Below are positions 24,840-35,046 of a stretch of 64,000 bases of DNA, piece by piece. Both the position numbers and the translations under genes were made by a program. The notes beneath the pieces were generated by a model. That model worked only from the letters and a program-made list of their open reading frames with translations. It made no database searches and was not told the DNA's origin. Within the stretch, counting starts at the first letter, position 1, and each line of letters opens with the position of its first letter. Origin of the DNA: a virus; IMG/VR virus record IMGVR_UViG_3300008117_000088, positions 1 to 64,000 of that record; one strand, 5' to 3'.

Positions 24840-25697
24840 TTACTCCTCCGTGTAATTGCTACATTTGTTACAGCCGGCTACGCCGTTAATATTACATGTA
24901 GGGGGTACTCCCCCGTCAACTGCTGAAATGATTTGAGCAGCGTGATCAAATAGCTCAGCCACCCCAAAATCGCTTTTTGCAATTACAAACTCTTTTACCT
25001 CGTGCAAACCTTTGGCTTCATAAAGAATCAAGGCTTCTTTAGGGGCATTAGGTAGACCCATTAATTCCATAAGCTTCATGTAAATCTGAGCTTGTTGGAT
25101 ATGCTCGTGAAACGGGGCCTTAACAGCATCCCACATGCTTTTAAAGTCAGGATTGTTCATGCCAATCTCTGGTGCATACCAACGAATACTGCCTTCTCCA
25201 ATAGATTTAACTTCTAACAGAAGAGGGTCACCAAATTCGACAAGCCATCCATCTGCGTGACCGGAAATCCTTAACGGATCAAAACTTAAAGGAACTTCTT
25301 CGTAAACAACGTTGTACTTGCATTTACCTGGGTGGTCAGAAGGTAAACCAAAATATTCTTTTTTACATACGGTGCAAAACCATTTTCCTTTTAATTTGCC
25401 CATCTCATGAAACCAGTTTTGCCAAGTTTTGTGAATACTGTGACCTTGAGCAAATATCAATGCTCTGCGAAGTCCAACTGGTTCGTGCTTTGGCTTTTCA
25501 CCTTTTAACCAAAAGTATTGAGCTCTGTGACACCAAGAAGCGGATGCCATCTCAGACGGATGTATAACTAATGAAGATCTATTTGAAGGAGGTCTGCTAA
25601 GTAAGTATCTGTCTACGTGACCAATTACTCGACTGCTTTTATCCGTCGCCAAAAATGCTTTTAACGCACCTGATGGTCTTACTTTTTCTTTACCCAT
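24840..25697 (-). CDS. Cas4-like PD-(D/E)XK exonuclease
   Basis: HPSE..C.R, GHADG, LLEVKS, QAQIY, C-terminal Cys cluster. Confidence 0.85.
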   Translation of the reverse strand: MGKEKVRPSGALKAFLATDKSSRVIGHVDRYLLSRPPSNRSSLVIHPSEMASASWCHRAQYFWLKGEKPKHEPVGLRRALIFAQGHSIHKTWQNWFHEMGKLKGKWFCTVCKKEYFGLPSDHPGKCKYNVVYEEVPLSFDPLRISGHADGWLVEFGDPLLLEVKSIGEGSIRWYAPEIGMNNPDFKSMWDAVKAPFHEHIQQAQIYMKLMELMGLPNAPKEALILYEAKGLHEVKEFVIAKSDFGVAELFDHAAQIISAVDGGVPPTCNINGVAGCNKCSNYTEE

Positions 25698-26005
25698 TCT
25701 TCGAGTGTCTTCCCGTTCTTGGTCGCCTTACGCTTAAGAGCATTACGCTCTCTGTGGCTAAGACCGCCCCATATGCCGTGTTGTTCATCGTTTTGGTCCG
25801 AATACAGTAAGCACTCTATTCGCACAGGACATTCTGCCTTACCATCCTTGCCAAAGCAAACCGCCTTGGCTTTATCGGCAATAGGCTTATATTTAGTTTT
25901 ATCTCTGGGGGGAAACCAGTAATCAGTCTCGGGACTTGAGCACATGCCGCGACACTTGGCTTGGTATCGCCACTTTTCTACGCCTTCGTCTTCGTACAAG
26001 AGCAC
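25679..26005 (-). CDS. whiB: WhiB-family transcription factor
   Basis: AKC...WFP...AKAVC...CPVRIEC...GIWGGLS..ER. Confidence 0.9.
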   Translation of the reverse strand: MLLYEDEGVEKWRYQAKCRGMCSSPETDYWFPPRDKTKYKPIADKAKAVCFGKDGKAECPVRIECLLYSDQNDEQHGIWGGLSHRERNALKRKATKNGKTLEEWVKKK

Positions 26006-26316
26006 TCCAATAAGTATTGGCGCAGCTCTAAAAAGTCGTCTTCGGTCAGCATGACATAGTTTTCACCGTTAAGATGAAAGCCAAGGACAGGCATTCGACC
26101 GTCCAGAATTGCTTCTGTGACAATCTTTTCAAGAACCGCAGCCTTGATGGATACGGAGGCTTTGCCAGTCCACTTATGCTCTACGAGCAAATCTTTGGAT
26201 CTAACATCGCCTTTACGACTCCAGAATGCTCCGCTTCCAGCATTACGCTTTCCACCGATCTTCTTTGCAAGTCGTTCCTCGTGCTTCCTTGACTCCTTTT
26301 GTCCTTTACTCCGCAT
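25978..26316 (-). CDS. Hjc-like PD-(D/E)XK resolvase/endonuclease
   Basis: HE..LA, GSGA...KGDV, LVEHK; start trimmed to MRSKG. Confidence 0.75.
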   Translation of the reverse strand: MRSKGQKESRKHEERLAKKIGGKRNAGSGAFWSRKGDVRSKDLLVEHKWTGKASVSIKAAVLEKIVTEAILDGRMPVLGFHLNGENYVMLTEDDFLELRQYLLECSCTKTKA

Positions 26317-27379
26317 TGTCTTCCGGCTCGACAACGTACTTCGAGCTCGCTCTGACGGTTTCAAGAACGTCCTTCTCCAGTGTTTCTTTTAGGTCGATCT
26401 CTTCTTTAATGGAGGCAACCATAGCATCTGAGCCTTGCCACTGCCTTTCGGCATAGCGGTAATAAGCCCCTGCTCGTTTAATTACGCCATTTAGAATACC
26501 TAAAGCAACAATTTCTTTAGCAAAATCATAGGACCCAGGACTGACAGATCCTCCTTCTGCAAAGTAAAAATCCATATAAGCGGTCTGAGATGGCGGGGCA
26601 GACTTGTTTTTCAAAGTTCTAGCCTTGATTGTCTGACCAACTCGACGCTTAGCGTCACCAGTTCCTACTTCAATCCACTCATCACGTTTAATCTCTACTC
26701 GAGTAAAGTAACTGTAGTTCTTACCTTTGCCTCCTGGAGTAGTGCGAGGATCTCCGTACATAACTCCAACTTTGTCACGCCATTGATTAATCATAATTCC
26801 AATAAACGGTCTTTCTGATTCAACAAGGCTTCTCTTTGATGCCTTACCTACTTTACGAAAGAACTTATTAGTCATGATTGCTCCACGACCTACTGTGAAC
26901 TCTTCCATTTCTTTTTCATTTTCTGCACTAGGTACAAGAGCAGGAAGGGAGTCGATAACAACGCAATCGATAGATTTGCTTTCAACAATTTGAATAACCG
27001 CTTCATAAACTTCTTCCATGATGTTAGATTCGATGACAAAAATTCTTGACACATCAACGCCACATAGTTCTGCGTACGATGGAACCCATTGCTCAGCTGC
27101 TACCCAAACTGTTGTAAATTCAGGATCGCGTTTTTGATTAGCCGCAATAGTTTTGAAAGCAATAGCAGTTTTACCATTGGACTCTTCTCCAATAATTTCA
27201 TGCCATTGATTGGCGGGCCATCCTCCGCCTAAAGCAACATCTAGCGCTAATGATCCGCTAGTAAATCTTTCTGATAAGTCGCGTATGTCTGATCCAATGA
27301 CAATAGTGTCATCACCAAACTTTTTGTTTAACTTTGCTACTACTTTTAAGAGGTCCGTATTTAGCGCCATAGATTTCAT
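26306..27379 (-). CDS. recA: RecA recombinase
   Basis: SGSLALDVALGGG, GEESNGKT, VIDSL, INQ.R.KVGVMYGDP.TTPGG. Confidence 0.95.
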   Translation of the reverse strand: MKSMALNTDLLKVVAKLNKKFGDDTIVIGSDIRDLSERFTSGSLALDVALGGGWPANQWHEIIGEESNGKTAIAFKTIAANQKRDPEFTTVWVAAEQWVPSYAELCGVDVSRIFVIESNIMEEVYEAVIQIVESKSIDCVVIDSLPALVPSAENEKEMEEFTVGRGAIMTNKFFRKVGKASKRSLVESERPFIGIMINQWRDKVGVMYGDPRTTPGGKGKNYSYFTRVEIKRDEWIEVGTGDAKRRVGQTIKARTLKNKSAPPSQTAYMDFYFAEGGSVSPGSYDFAKEIVALGILNGVIKRAGAYYRYAERQWQGSDAMVASIKEEIDLKETLEKDVLETVRASSKYVVEPEDNAE

Positions 27380-27738
27380 TACCCCAGTTTACCAATAATC
27401 CCTTGGGGGTTCCAACCCCCTGTTTCTATTTGTAGTGCGGCCTGTGTGGGACCGGCATTTGGGACACTTATTCCTTTTCCAAGACCGCTACCACTTTGTT
27501 TTAACGGATAACCACAGTCATAACATCGAGCGCGAGCTCCCTCAAAGCTTCCATAATTTTTACTGCGACATTCTGGACACGCTGAAATTTGTACAGCACT
27601 TTGCGGAAGATTTGGTTGAGCCGGTCTTGCTGGTGGAGCCATAGTCATTGGCTGTTGAGAAGGAGGCATTGGTGGAAGGTTTGCTGGTCTTGCTTGGGGT
27701 TGCGGAGTCCCTAATTTATTAGCCCACCAACTACTCAT
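27379..27738 (-). CDS. Pro-rich zinc-ribbon protein
   Basis: CPEC...CYDCGYP. Confidence 0.7.
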   Translation of the reverse strand: MSSWWANKLGTPQPQARPANLPPMPPSQQPMTMAPPARPAQPNLPQSAVQISACPECRSKNYGSFEGARARCYDCGYPLKQSGSGLGKGISVPNAGPTQAALQIETGGWNPQGIIGKLG

Positions 27739-28175
27739 GTGCGAATGTCTCCTTTAACGGTATCGGTGCTAATGATACCTAACTCTAGCGCAGCCGCAAA
27801 AGCCGACAGTAAAGCCGAGTAACTGACTTGCCTATAAAGTTCTTCTACAACGTCTTTTTCATCAGTCAATTGTTTAGGGTCTAACTGATGGGTCTCAAAA
27901 TAATGATCAAATTGAAGTTCTGCAAAGCTTCTAGCGTTTATCTCTGTCATGGTCTCTATATAGGGGATAAGAGGCAAAACCCTAGAAATCCTCAGATCGC
28001 TGGCTTCTTCTTCCATCTCACTGCCCTCTATGCTGTCTGGGACCATCCCCACCACAGAAGCCATTTTGTTAGGTTCATCCAACCCGGCGTCATAGAAATA
28101 CCACCTGGCTAAGGTGGTCATAGGGATTTCGGTTACAAAGGTATCTTGTTTTTTGCGTTTCTTTTTGCGCCACAT
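27735..28175 (-). CDS. hypothetical protein
   Basis: ORF track; coupled to polA stop. Confidence 0.7.
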   Translation of the reverse strand: MWRKKKRKKQDTFVTEIPMTTLARWYFYDAGLDEPNKMASVVGMVPDSIEGSEMEEEASDLRISRVLPLIPYIETMTEINARSFAELQFDHYFETHQLDPKQLTDEKDVVEELYRQVSYSALLSAFAAALELGIISTDTVKGDIRT

Positions 28176-30130
28176 TATTTAGCGTCACCCCAGCGCTCAA
28201 CTACAGTTATGTCTGCTACCAATGGAACATCTAGCATATTTATGCCCTCCATAGCGGTTCTGATTGCTTCTACAGACTGTTCGACCAGGTTATCCGGGGC
28301 TAAAGTCACAAGTTCATCGTGAACTGTAAGTATAAGTTTAGACCCTGTGGGTAGGAGCTTGTGTGCTCGAACCATAGCCATTTTTATTACGTCTGCAGCC
28401 GTTCCTTGGATTTTAGTGTTGAACGCCTGACGCTCTGCTCCAGCTCGCTCTCCCTTATCTGATGAGTTCATTTCAGGAAGATATCTACGACGACCTAGAA
28501 CAGTTGTTACATATGGAACTGGTTTATCTTTGTCACCAAGTTTTTTAGTAGAAACCAATACCTTGGTTCTGTACCTGTTAATTGAAGGGAAACGATCGGA
28601 AAACCTATCTAATAAATCTCTGGCTTCTTGTTTAGTACAACCAATTTGCCTAGAAATTTTTTCTGGACCAACACCATAAGACATAGCAAGAACTAAAACT
28701 TTACCTGCCTTACGATCAACGCCCATCTCGTTTCCTACAGCAGTGTAAATATCTCCTCCGGATTTGTAATTTTCGAGCATGATTGGGTCTTTGGATAGTG
28801 ATGCGATGACCCTAGGCTCGATTTGTGAGTAATCCGCAACAATGAATTTGTAACCAGTTGGTGCTTGGAAAAGGTTTCTAATGGCTTTTCCGTGAGCGGT
28901 ATGCGGAGCCGGAACGTTTTGGAGGTTTGGGTCTCGACTCGAGAACCGTCCGGTTTCAGCTCCATGCTGTATGAAGTTACAGTGGATTCTATTGTTAATG
29001 AGCAAACTTTGTTTGTATTCAACTTTGGACTTACCTCCAGTTGTTCTTGTGACATTTCCCCCTAAGTAGGGAACAACATAAGTACTATGCAACTTGTTTA
29101 AGTCAGCATAAGTTAGCAGTGCAGTAACTAAAGGGTCCTTGTCTCGGTACTCCTCTAGTGCCTCTGATGAAACAGATGCGTTACCTGTACTTGTTAACAA
29201 AGTTTGCTTAAGTCCTCTACCACCTTGGGATACTGGACTGTAAAGCAAAGTTTGCTTTTCAGCGTTTGAATTAATGTTAAATTGTCTGCCGGCAACTTTA
29301 AAGATTTCTGCTTTGGCTTTCTCAATATCTTCCGTTAGAGAGGTATCAAGTTCTTCTAACGCTGATCTATCTATAGGTGCTCCGGTTAACTTCATGTCAC
29401 ACAGAACGGCAAGAACATCCATTTCCAAAGCCATTATGTTTTCTACATTACTTTCTTTTAATTTAGGTGCAACAACCTTCCACAATAGAAATGTGTATTT
29501 GGCGTCTAAATACGCATACTTTGCTACTTCTGTAAAAGAGTAACGTTCAACCTCAGCGCCTACGCCCTTCTCCATATGAAAACCTAATTCGCGTTTTAAG
29601 CACTCAGCAAGACTGCACTTATTTTTATTTCTATTGTCGTAAAGAAATGAAGCAATCATTGTGTCAAAGTAAGGACCGGGAGGTATTTCTCCCCCGTAAT
29701 ATTTAGCCACAGAAGTAAGATCAAACACTAAATTGTGACCTATAGTTAATTTACTATTATCAAACAATAGAGGCTTTAACGCTGCAAACACCTCTGATGG
29801 AAAAAGTTGTTTAGGTGGATCAGAAAAAACTTTGGTAGATTTTTTTGCGTCACGAGAATAATCGCTTGGTCTTGCCTGTAATCCTGCTTGTACTCGCTTC
29901 TCTCCTTGACCCGTTAAAGGGTAAATTACATCAAGTAATTCACCATTTGGATGACCCATAGGAATAACGTCGCACCGACCATGAGTAGCAAAAGAGATCC
30001 AAAGTACTTCATTAACAGGAGTGTCGCCTCTACGATCTCCGACCGTCTCAACATCAAAGGCCAGGGCATCTTGTCCAAGGTAATACTCCACCATCTCCTG
30101 TAATTGTTCTTGAGATGTAATTATATTCAT
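28175..30130 (-). CDS. polA: family A DNA polymerase with 3'-5' exonuclease
   Basis: DVET, HNLVFD, YAYLD, TGRFSS..PNLQN, DYSQIEPR, K...YG, VHDE. Confidence 0.95.
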   Translation of the reverse strand: MNIITSQEQLQEMVEYYLGQDALAFDVETVGDRRGDTPVNEVLWISFATHGRCDVIPMGHPNGELLDVIYPLTGQGEKRVQAGLQARPSDYSRDAKKSTKVFSDPPKQLFPSEVFAALKPLLFDNSKLTIGHNLVFDLTSVAKYYGGEIPPGPYFDTMIASFLYDNRNKNKCSLAECLKRELGFHMEKGVGAEVERYSFTEVAKYAYLDAKYTFLLWKVVAPKLKESNVENIMALEMDVLAVLCDMKLTGAPIDRSALEELDTSLTEDIEKAKAEIFKVAGRQFNINSNAEKQTLLYSPVSQGGRGLKQTLLTSTGNASVSSEALEEYRDKDPLVTALLTYADLNKLHSTYVVPYLGGNVTRTTGGKSKVEYKQSLLINNRIHCNFIQHGAETGRFSSRDPNLQNVPAPHTAHGKAIRNLFQAPTGYKFIVADYSQIEPRVIASLSKDPIMLENYKSGGDIYTAVGNEMGVDRKAGKVLVLAMSYGVGPEKISRQIGCTKQEARDLLDRFSDRFPSINRYRTKVLVSTKKLGDKDKPVPYVTTVLGRRRYLPEMNSSDKGERAGAERQAFNTKIQGTAADVIKMAMVRAHKLLPTGSKLILTVHDELVTLAPDNLVEQSVEAIRTAMEGINMLDVPLVADITVVERWGDAK

Positions 30131-30194
30131 TTAGTGTCCCCTAAGGTCTGAAAGCGCTAGGGGGATCGTCTAGCGCCTTCAGACATCTATTTGT

Positions 30195-30866
30195 TTAGAG
30201 CAGGCTCTTTGCGAGTTCTTCTAGCGCAGCGAAATTATCCTGACGGATATCGGCGATAGTGAACGGCTGGAACCCTGCGATTGCAGCTTCGACTTCCTCA
30301 ACACTCAGACCCCAATCTTCTTGAAGATCACGAGCCTTGACTGCCATCAAGTTGTAGACAGTTTGTTGCTTCTCTCCCGTGCGACTTAACGCCCAGTAGT
30401 TCTTTGTTAAAGGACCCTGTGGCGAAAACTCTGCAGCATGCAACGTTTTGTAAAGTCTTGGACTTGCAATAATCATCTGTCGTTGGAATGGCTTAGCGGA
30501 CAGATTGACAATAGAAAAAGCACGCTTAATTTCTGGCTTGCTTTTTAGGATGGTTTCCAATGGATCGTAAGCGCCGACTCCGTCCCATACATAGGACTTG
30601 CGACCCTCTTTATCCTTTAGGAAATGCTGGCGATAGCTAGCAAATGGTCCACTGAGATCAATGAACTTGATTAGTTGGAAAGTGTTTGAGTGCTTGTACT
30701 CAACAGGAAACTCTTTAAGAGTTGTTGTAACAAGTTTCTCTGCTGCTTCCCATCCGCCTTGAACGGCGGTAGATGTTGCGTTAGTTGGACGAGCCTCAAT
30801 TAATGAAGCTTCGTCAATTGCTTGACCGTATGTCGAAACATCCGGTGCTGTTGGGTTTATACCCAT
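30195..30866 (-). CDS. probable single-stranded DNA-binding protein
   Basis: Position next to polA; SRTG...TVY motif. Confidence 0.5.
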   Translation of the reverse strand: MGINPTAPDVSTYGQAIDEASLIEARPTNATSTAVQGGWEAAEKLVTTTLKEFPVEYKHSNTFQLIKFIDLSGPFASYRQHFLKDKEGRKSYVWDGVGAYDPLETILKSKPEIKRAFSIVNLSAKPFQRQMIIASPRLYKTLHAAEFSPQGPLTKNYWALSRTGEKQQTVYNLMAVKARDLQEDWGLSVEEVEAAIAGFQPFTIADIRQDNFAALEELAKSLL

Positions 30867-30890
30867 TTTTCTCCTTTGTCAGTTGTTTCA

Positions 30891-31346
30891 TCAGTTTGCA
30901 GTTTCCTCGGCACGAGATTTCTCCCACGCCTTGGCGATTTCTTCAGTAACCTTTCGGTACTTCTCCCAGTCTATACGCTTCACGTGCAAAACGCCAAACT
31001 TAGTAAATACCTCGATTGCTGATTCAATCATCGACCTGCTGTAGAGGCGTCTTCCTTGCCGATCCTTACCGTTCTTGTCGACTTTCGTCGGTAATCGATA
31101 CGGAGAGGTTGGCAGGTGACCCTCTTTCATCCACAATTTGATTGTTATTACAGGTCGCCCTAAGGCTATTGCTAACGCACCAATTGTGAACAAATCTATT
31201 TCTTTGCCATTGGGAAGCACAGTAGGTCGTGGGTGTTTATCCCACGAGGTGTCTACCGGCTCTTCTACTTTTGGTTCTCTGCGTTTTCTTTTACTACCTG
31301 GGTAGTAAAGGTCTCCAAAAGTTTCCGCAATTAAATCTTCACTCAT
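30891..31346 (-). CDS. MerR-like HTH DNA-binding protein
   Basis: FTIGALA.ALGR...TIKLW..G.LP...RLYS. Confidence 0.75.
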   Translation of the reverse strand: MSEDLIAETFGDLYYPGSKRKRREPKVEEPVDTSWDKHPRPTVLPNGKEIDLFTIGALAIALGRPVITIKLWMKEGHLPTSPYRLPTKVDKNGKDRQGRRLYSRSMIESAIEVFTKFGVLHVKRIDWEKYRKVTEEIAKAWEKSRAEETAN

Positions 31347-31735
31347 ACGATCAGTGCGTAGGTAACCTTTGCGGGGAACATTGAATCAACTTCGTCTTCA
31401 GTTAGTTGACCTTTATACACAGCTGCCATAACAGCATCTTGATCAACTTGACGAACTAATGGGGCACAGTCATCAAGAAGATTTTTATCTGTAAGGATCT
31501 TCATTGCTGTGTCGTTATCCAAAACTTTGGATACTTTGCGTTGATTTACGACTTTAATGTCATCATCCAGCTCTAGTGTGATGTGACCGCGACCATCGAC
31601 TTCGCCGAGTTCTTTTACGGCGTCATTAAGTCGTTCTTTAACTTCACCAAGTCGTTCTGTTAAGAACTTTATTTCATCCTTAAGCGACTTGTATTGCTTA
31701 GCTTCATTGGTCAGTTGTTTCTTGTCTAGTGTCAT
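31343..31735 (-). CDS. coiled-coil hypothetical protein
   Basis: ORF track; SD GAGGG. Confidence 0.7.
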   Translation of the reverse strand: MTLDKKQLTNEAKQYKSLKDEIKFLTERLGEVKERLNDAVKELGEVDGRGHITLELDDDIKVVNQRKVSKVLDNDTAMKILTDKNLLDDCAPLVRQVDQDAVMAAVYKGQLTEDEVDSMFPAKVTYALIV

Positions 31736-31817
31736 TGAGATCCCTCTCGTTAAGTGGTTAGAGGGTATAACCTAACAGACCCTACCGACAAATCCAATAG
31801 GGTTTGTATATGTCCGA

Positions 31818-31967
31818 TTAGTCCTTTTTGTCTATGTAGGCTTCAAGAGCCTTAATAATCACGCTTGTGACAGTTACGCCTTCAAGGGCGGCCTTTTTTT
31901 GGACTGAGACCCACAGGTCATCGGCTACGCGGATAGTACGCGTTGGGGTCTTAGGTGCGTTTGGCAT
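31818..31967 (-). CDS. ribbon-helix-helix DNA-binding protein (49 aa)
   Basis: Translated by hand: MPNAPKTPTRTIRVADDLW...A..EG.TVT.VI..AL..Y; TACAAT 6 nt upstream. Confidence 0.8.
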   Translation of the reverse strand: MPNAPKTPTRTIRVADDLWVSVQKKAALEGVTVTSVIIKALEAYIDKKD

Positions 31968-31979
31968 GCCTTAATTGTA

Positions 31980-33572
31980 TTACACATAGTTGCTCAAAAG
32001 GAACTTATTCAAGCTACTAAGTGTGAAATCTATGCCTCCAGCCTCATTTATGCCCTCTCCATCGATTACTGCGCTTGCTACAGCATTCTTATGCTGAAGC
32101 ATGTCGTGTTGTCTAACTTCGATTGAGCCGTCTACCAAAAGATCTTGAATAACTATGCTCGGCCATTTTGATGATGCACGCATGATTCTGCCGTTGCGTT
32201 GTGTAGCCCCTCCGGATGACCATGGCAAGTCGTAATTGATGAGGAGGTTAGCAGCCGGTAAATCAACGCCATAACCACCAGCGTCTGAAGACACAAGGAC
32301 ACGAATACCAGGATCAGTGTTGAAAGCAATTTTGTTGTCCTCCTTGGTTTTAGCATCTAGTTTACCTGTGTAAGTTTTTACTCCGTATTCTGAAAGCGCC
32401 TCAGATATTTTATCTACCATGTCTACATACGTGGCAAAAACAACTAATTTGTTTTCGCTGTCCTGTTCCAAAAAGTCTTTGGCGTACTGGATTAATAGTT
32501 TTAGTTTAGGAGAGGTATCAACTCCATCTAAATAACCGCCTTCTACCAGGTTATTAGCGTAAGAAGAACCTTCTCCCGAAGAAGTTAAAAACTTAGTGGC
32601 ACTAGTGCGAAGTAAATCTGGGTGTGAACAAAGCATCTTCAATGCCCCAACTTTAGCCATAATCTTTCCGCGCCACTCATTTTCAGCAGTATTTCCAGAA
32701 GACCCTTGCATCCCGTAATGAGCAAAGATATTAAAGTTTTTACCAAATAAAGCAGTTGCTTCTTCTAAGTCATCTAGTAAATCGCTTTTTATCTTTTCGT
32801 AAAGCTTGGCTCCTCTTCTATCGAGCGAGATGAGAATTGGTTCATTATGTATGGAATCTGGTAGGTGAGGCGCAACGTCTGGATCTTTTTGTGACTTTCT
32901 AACACTTGCTTCCTTAAGACGCTCATGAAGAGTAGGCAAATTACGATAACGCTGAACTCCACCCCAATTATTACGAACAATAAATGCTGAGTCAAAGATG
33001 TCAAACCTTCCTAGAACGGAATCGTCTACAAACTGCATGATGCTAAATAACTCTTCTGGTTTTCCGTTCTCTATAGGGGTACCAGTTAGAGCAAACTTAA
33101 AGGGCGCGTTAGACATTCGTTTAACGGCTTTAGATCTTTTTGATCTAAATGATTTGATAGCGGTGGCTTCGTCACAGACAATAAATCCTCTAGGCAATTT
33201 TTTTACAAATGCCCAATCGTTTACTACCTGCTCATAGTTCATGATTACATAATCTACTTTTGTTTCACGCCAGTTATACGCTGATTCGTACTGTTCCTGA
33301 CGTTTCTTTGGGGTACCGTCTATGACTAATGCTTTAGACGTACCGTTAGTAAATTTTTCTATTTGATTAGCCCATTGATATTTAAGGCTGGATAAACAAA
33401 TGACCATCCCAGGTTCAGTTATTTCTCCTGAATCCATCAATTGTTCTACCGCTGCAATAGTAAGAACGGTTTTACCTAGCCCAAGATCATAGGCAACAAG
33501 AACCTTATGGCGGTCAGTCATTTTCTCAACCGCCTCAGGTTGATAAGGTAAAAGCGTCCCCGTAAATGTCAT
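31980..33572 (-). CDS. SNF2-family helicase
   Basis: DLGLGKT, CDEA, LTGTPIEN, GVDL, QRNGRI.R. Confidence 0.9.
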   Translation of the reverse strand: MTFTGTLLPYQPEAVEKMTDRHKVLVAYDLGLGKTVLTIAAVEQLMDSGEITEPGMVICLSSLKYQWANQIEKFTNGTSKALVIDGTPKKRQEQYESAYNWRETKVDYVIMNYEQVVNDWAFVKKLPRGFIVCDEATAIKSFRSKRSKAVKRMSNAPFKFALTGTPIENGKPEELFSIMQFVDDSVLGRFDIFDSAFIVRNNWGGVQRYRNLPTLHERLKEASVRKSQKDPDVAPHLPDSIHNEPILISLDRRGAKLYEKIKSDLLDDLEEATALFGKNFNIFAHYGMQGSSGNTAENEWRGKIMAKVGALKMLCSHPDLLRTSATKFLTSSGEGSSYANNLVEGGYLDGVDTSPKLKLLIQYAKDFLEQDSENKLVVFATYVDMVDKISEALSEYGVKTYTGKLDAKTKEDNKIAFNTDPGIRVLVSSDAGGYGVDLPAANLLINYDLPWSSGGATQRNGRIMRASSKWPSIVIQDLLVDGSIEVRQHDMLQHKNAVASAVIDGEGINEAGGIDFTLSSLNKFLLSNYV

Positions 33573-34120
33573 CGATTGACGTTAGCACCGTTGTATAGGT
33601 AGGAGTTTATTCCTTTTTTAGCCATAAACTGAAGTTTGCTTAACGGACCATCGTTATCAATAACGTAATCAAACGGGTACATATCCATTGCAACTTCAGA
33701 TGCATGTTTATTTATTGGAGCAACCCCCCAACGATTAATGCGCCAAACAGCACCGGCTAAATCTCGTATGTAATCAGCTTCGTTTGGAAACCTAACATCA
33801 GAAATAACATAATCTTCTGATGGGTCTGCTCCAGCAAATGCTTGCTCGACCCAGAAGTCTTCGCCAAACATAATGCGAGCGGCCATGCCGGTTTCTTGTA
33901 GAAGTCTACGAACTTCTTCTTTTGATTTAGCAACTTCCCAACCATACATTTGAACAACATCTTGTAACCTAAGTTGACCTTCAATGATTGGGTTAATTTT
34001 TAATGTGAACTCTTTAATTGGATCTGCAAACGCAAGTCGTTTAAACCCATGCTCTTCTACTAAAAAAGAAGCAACCGTATCTTTACCGCTACGGGCATAC
34101 CCAGATATTCCAATAATCAC
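33569..34120 (-). CDS. deoxynucleoside monophosphate kinase
   Basis: GYARSGKDT, FADPIK, R.LLQ..G, DVRFPNE, HASE. Confidence 0.9.
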   Translation of the reverse strand: MIIGISGYARSGKDTVASFLVEEHGFKRLAFADPIKEFTLKINPIIEGQLRLQDVVQMYGWEVAKSKEEVRRLLQETGMAARIMFGEDFWVEQAFAGADPSEDYVISDVRFPNEADYIRDLAGAVWRINRWGVAPINKHASEVAMDMYPFDYVIDNDGPLSKLQFMAKKGINSYLYNGANVNR

Positions 34121-35046
34121 GCTAAGCTCCTATCTCCGTATAAACAATGTTTTGCTCGATCAAGACCCTGGAGGATCTCGTTCTTGCTCATAGCGCCTAT
34201 ATCTTTCACGTCTACGTGAGAATAGTCAAAAAGCCAAAACTCCATCCACAGGTCTCGCGCTTTATTGACCAGGTCTAATGAGGTTGCTTTGCCAGCCTCA
34301 TCATTATCCATAGCAAGAATCACTCGATTAGCTCCCTTAATAAGCGCAAGTTGGTCCATGGAAACTGAGGTTCCAAAAGTTGCTACGCCACCCGACACCC
34401 CAACAGAATCTAGCCTTAATACATCTAACGGCGACTCAACAACAACCATGGTTCCACCTGTGTATTGGTGATACCCAAATAAAGATTTACTCTTTTGCAT
34501 GCCTGCTGGGTAATTTCTAAAAAATCTTCCCCTAACACTTTTTTCTTGCCATCCCAATAATTTTCCAAAAACATCTCGTATTGGAATAATCCATAAGTCT
34601 TTTCTGTAATCGTACAAAACTCCATACTTAATTGCGGAGTCTGTTGTTATTCCACGACTAAGTAATATCTCCTTTGGTGGAGTGGTGTAAGCAGCCAAGT
34701 TTGCTTCTGTTATATCAATCTCTGGTTTCTCAACAACTTTCTTAGGAGCTAGGGCACGCTCTAAACGTTTAGCAAGATCGCTAGTGGTTGTCTTTACCCA
34801 CTCTCCAGCTTCTTCCATAGGAATGCCATTCATGTAAGAAACTAAATACTGAAGGCTTCCTCGAAAGCCACAAGAAAAACAATTGTGTGCTCCGGTATCA
34901 GAATTAATAGACCAAGAGGGATTGTTATCGGGCTTTCCTGTTCTATCTAAATGCCCAGGGCAAAGCGCTTTTACTTCAGAACCGCGAGCGCCGTATGTCT
35001 CAATACCGAGACCATGTAAAAAATCTTCCATCTCTTCTGGTGTCAT
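34117..35046 (-). CDS. dnaG: DNA primase (Zn finger plus TOPRIM)
   Basis: CPGH...CFSC; VESPLD; DNDEAG. Confidence 0.9.
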   Translation of the reverse strand: MTPEEMEDFLHGLGIETYGARGSEVKALCPGHLDRTGKPDNNPSWSINSDTGAHNCFSCGFRGSLQYLVSYMNGIPMEEAGEWVKTTTSDLAKRLERALAPKKVVEKPEIDITEANLAAYTTPPKEILLSRGITTDSAIKYGVLYDYRKDLWIIPIRDVFGKLLGWQEKSVRGRFFRNYPAGMQKSKSLFGYHQYTGGTMVVVESPLDVLRLDSVGVSGGVATFGTSVSMDQLALIKGANRVILAMDNDEAGKATSLDLVNKARDLWMEFWLFDYSHVDVKDIGAMSKNEILQGLDRAKHCLYGDRSLA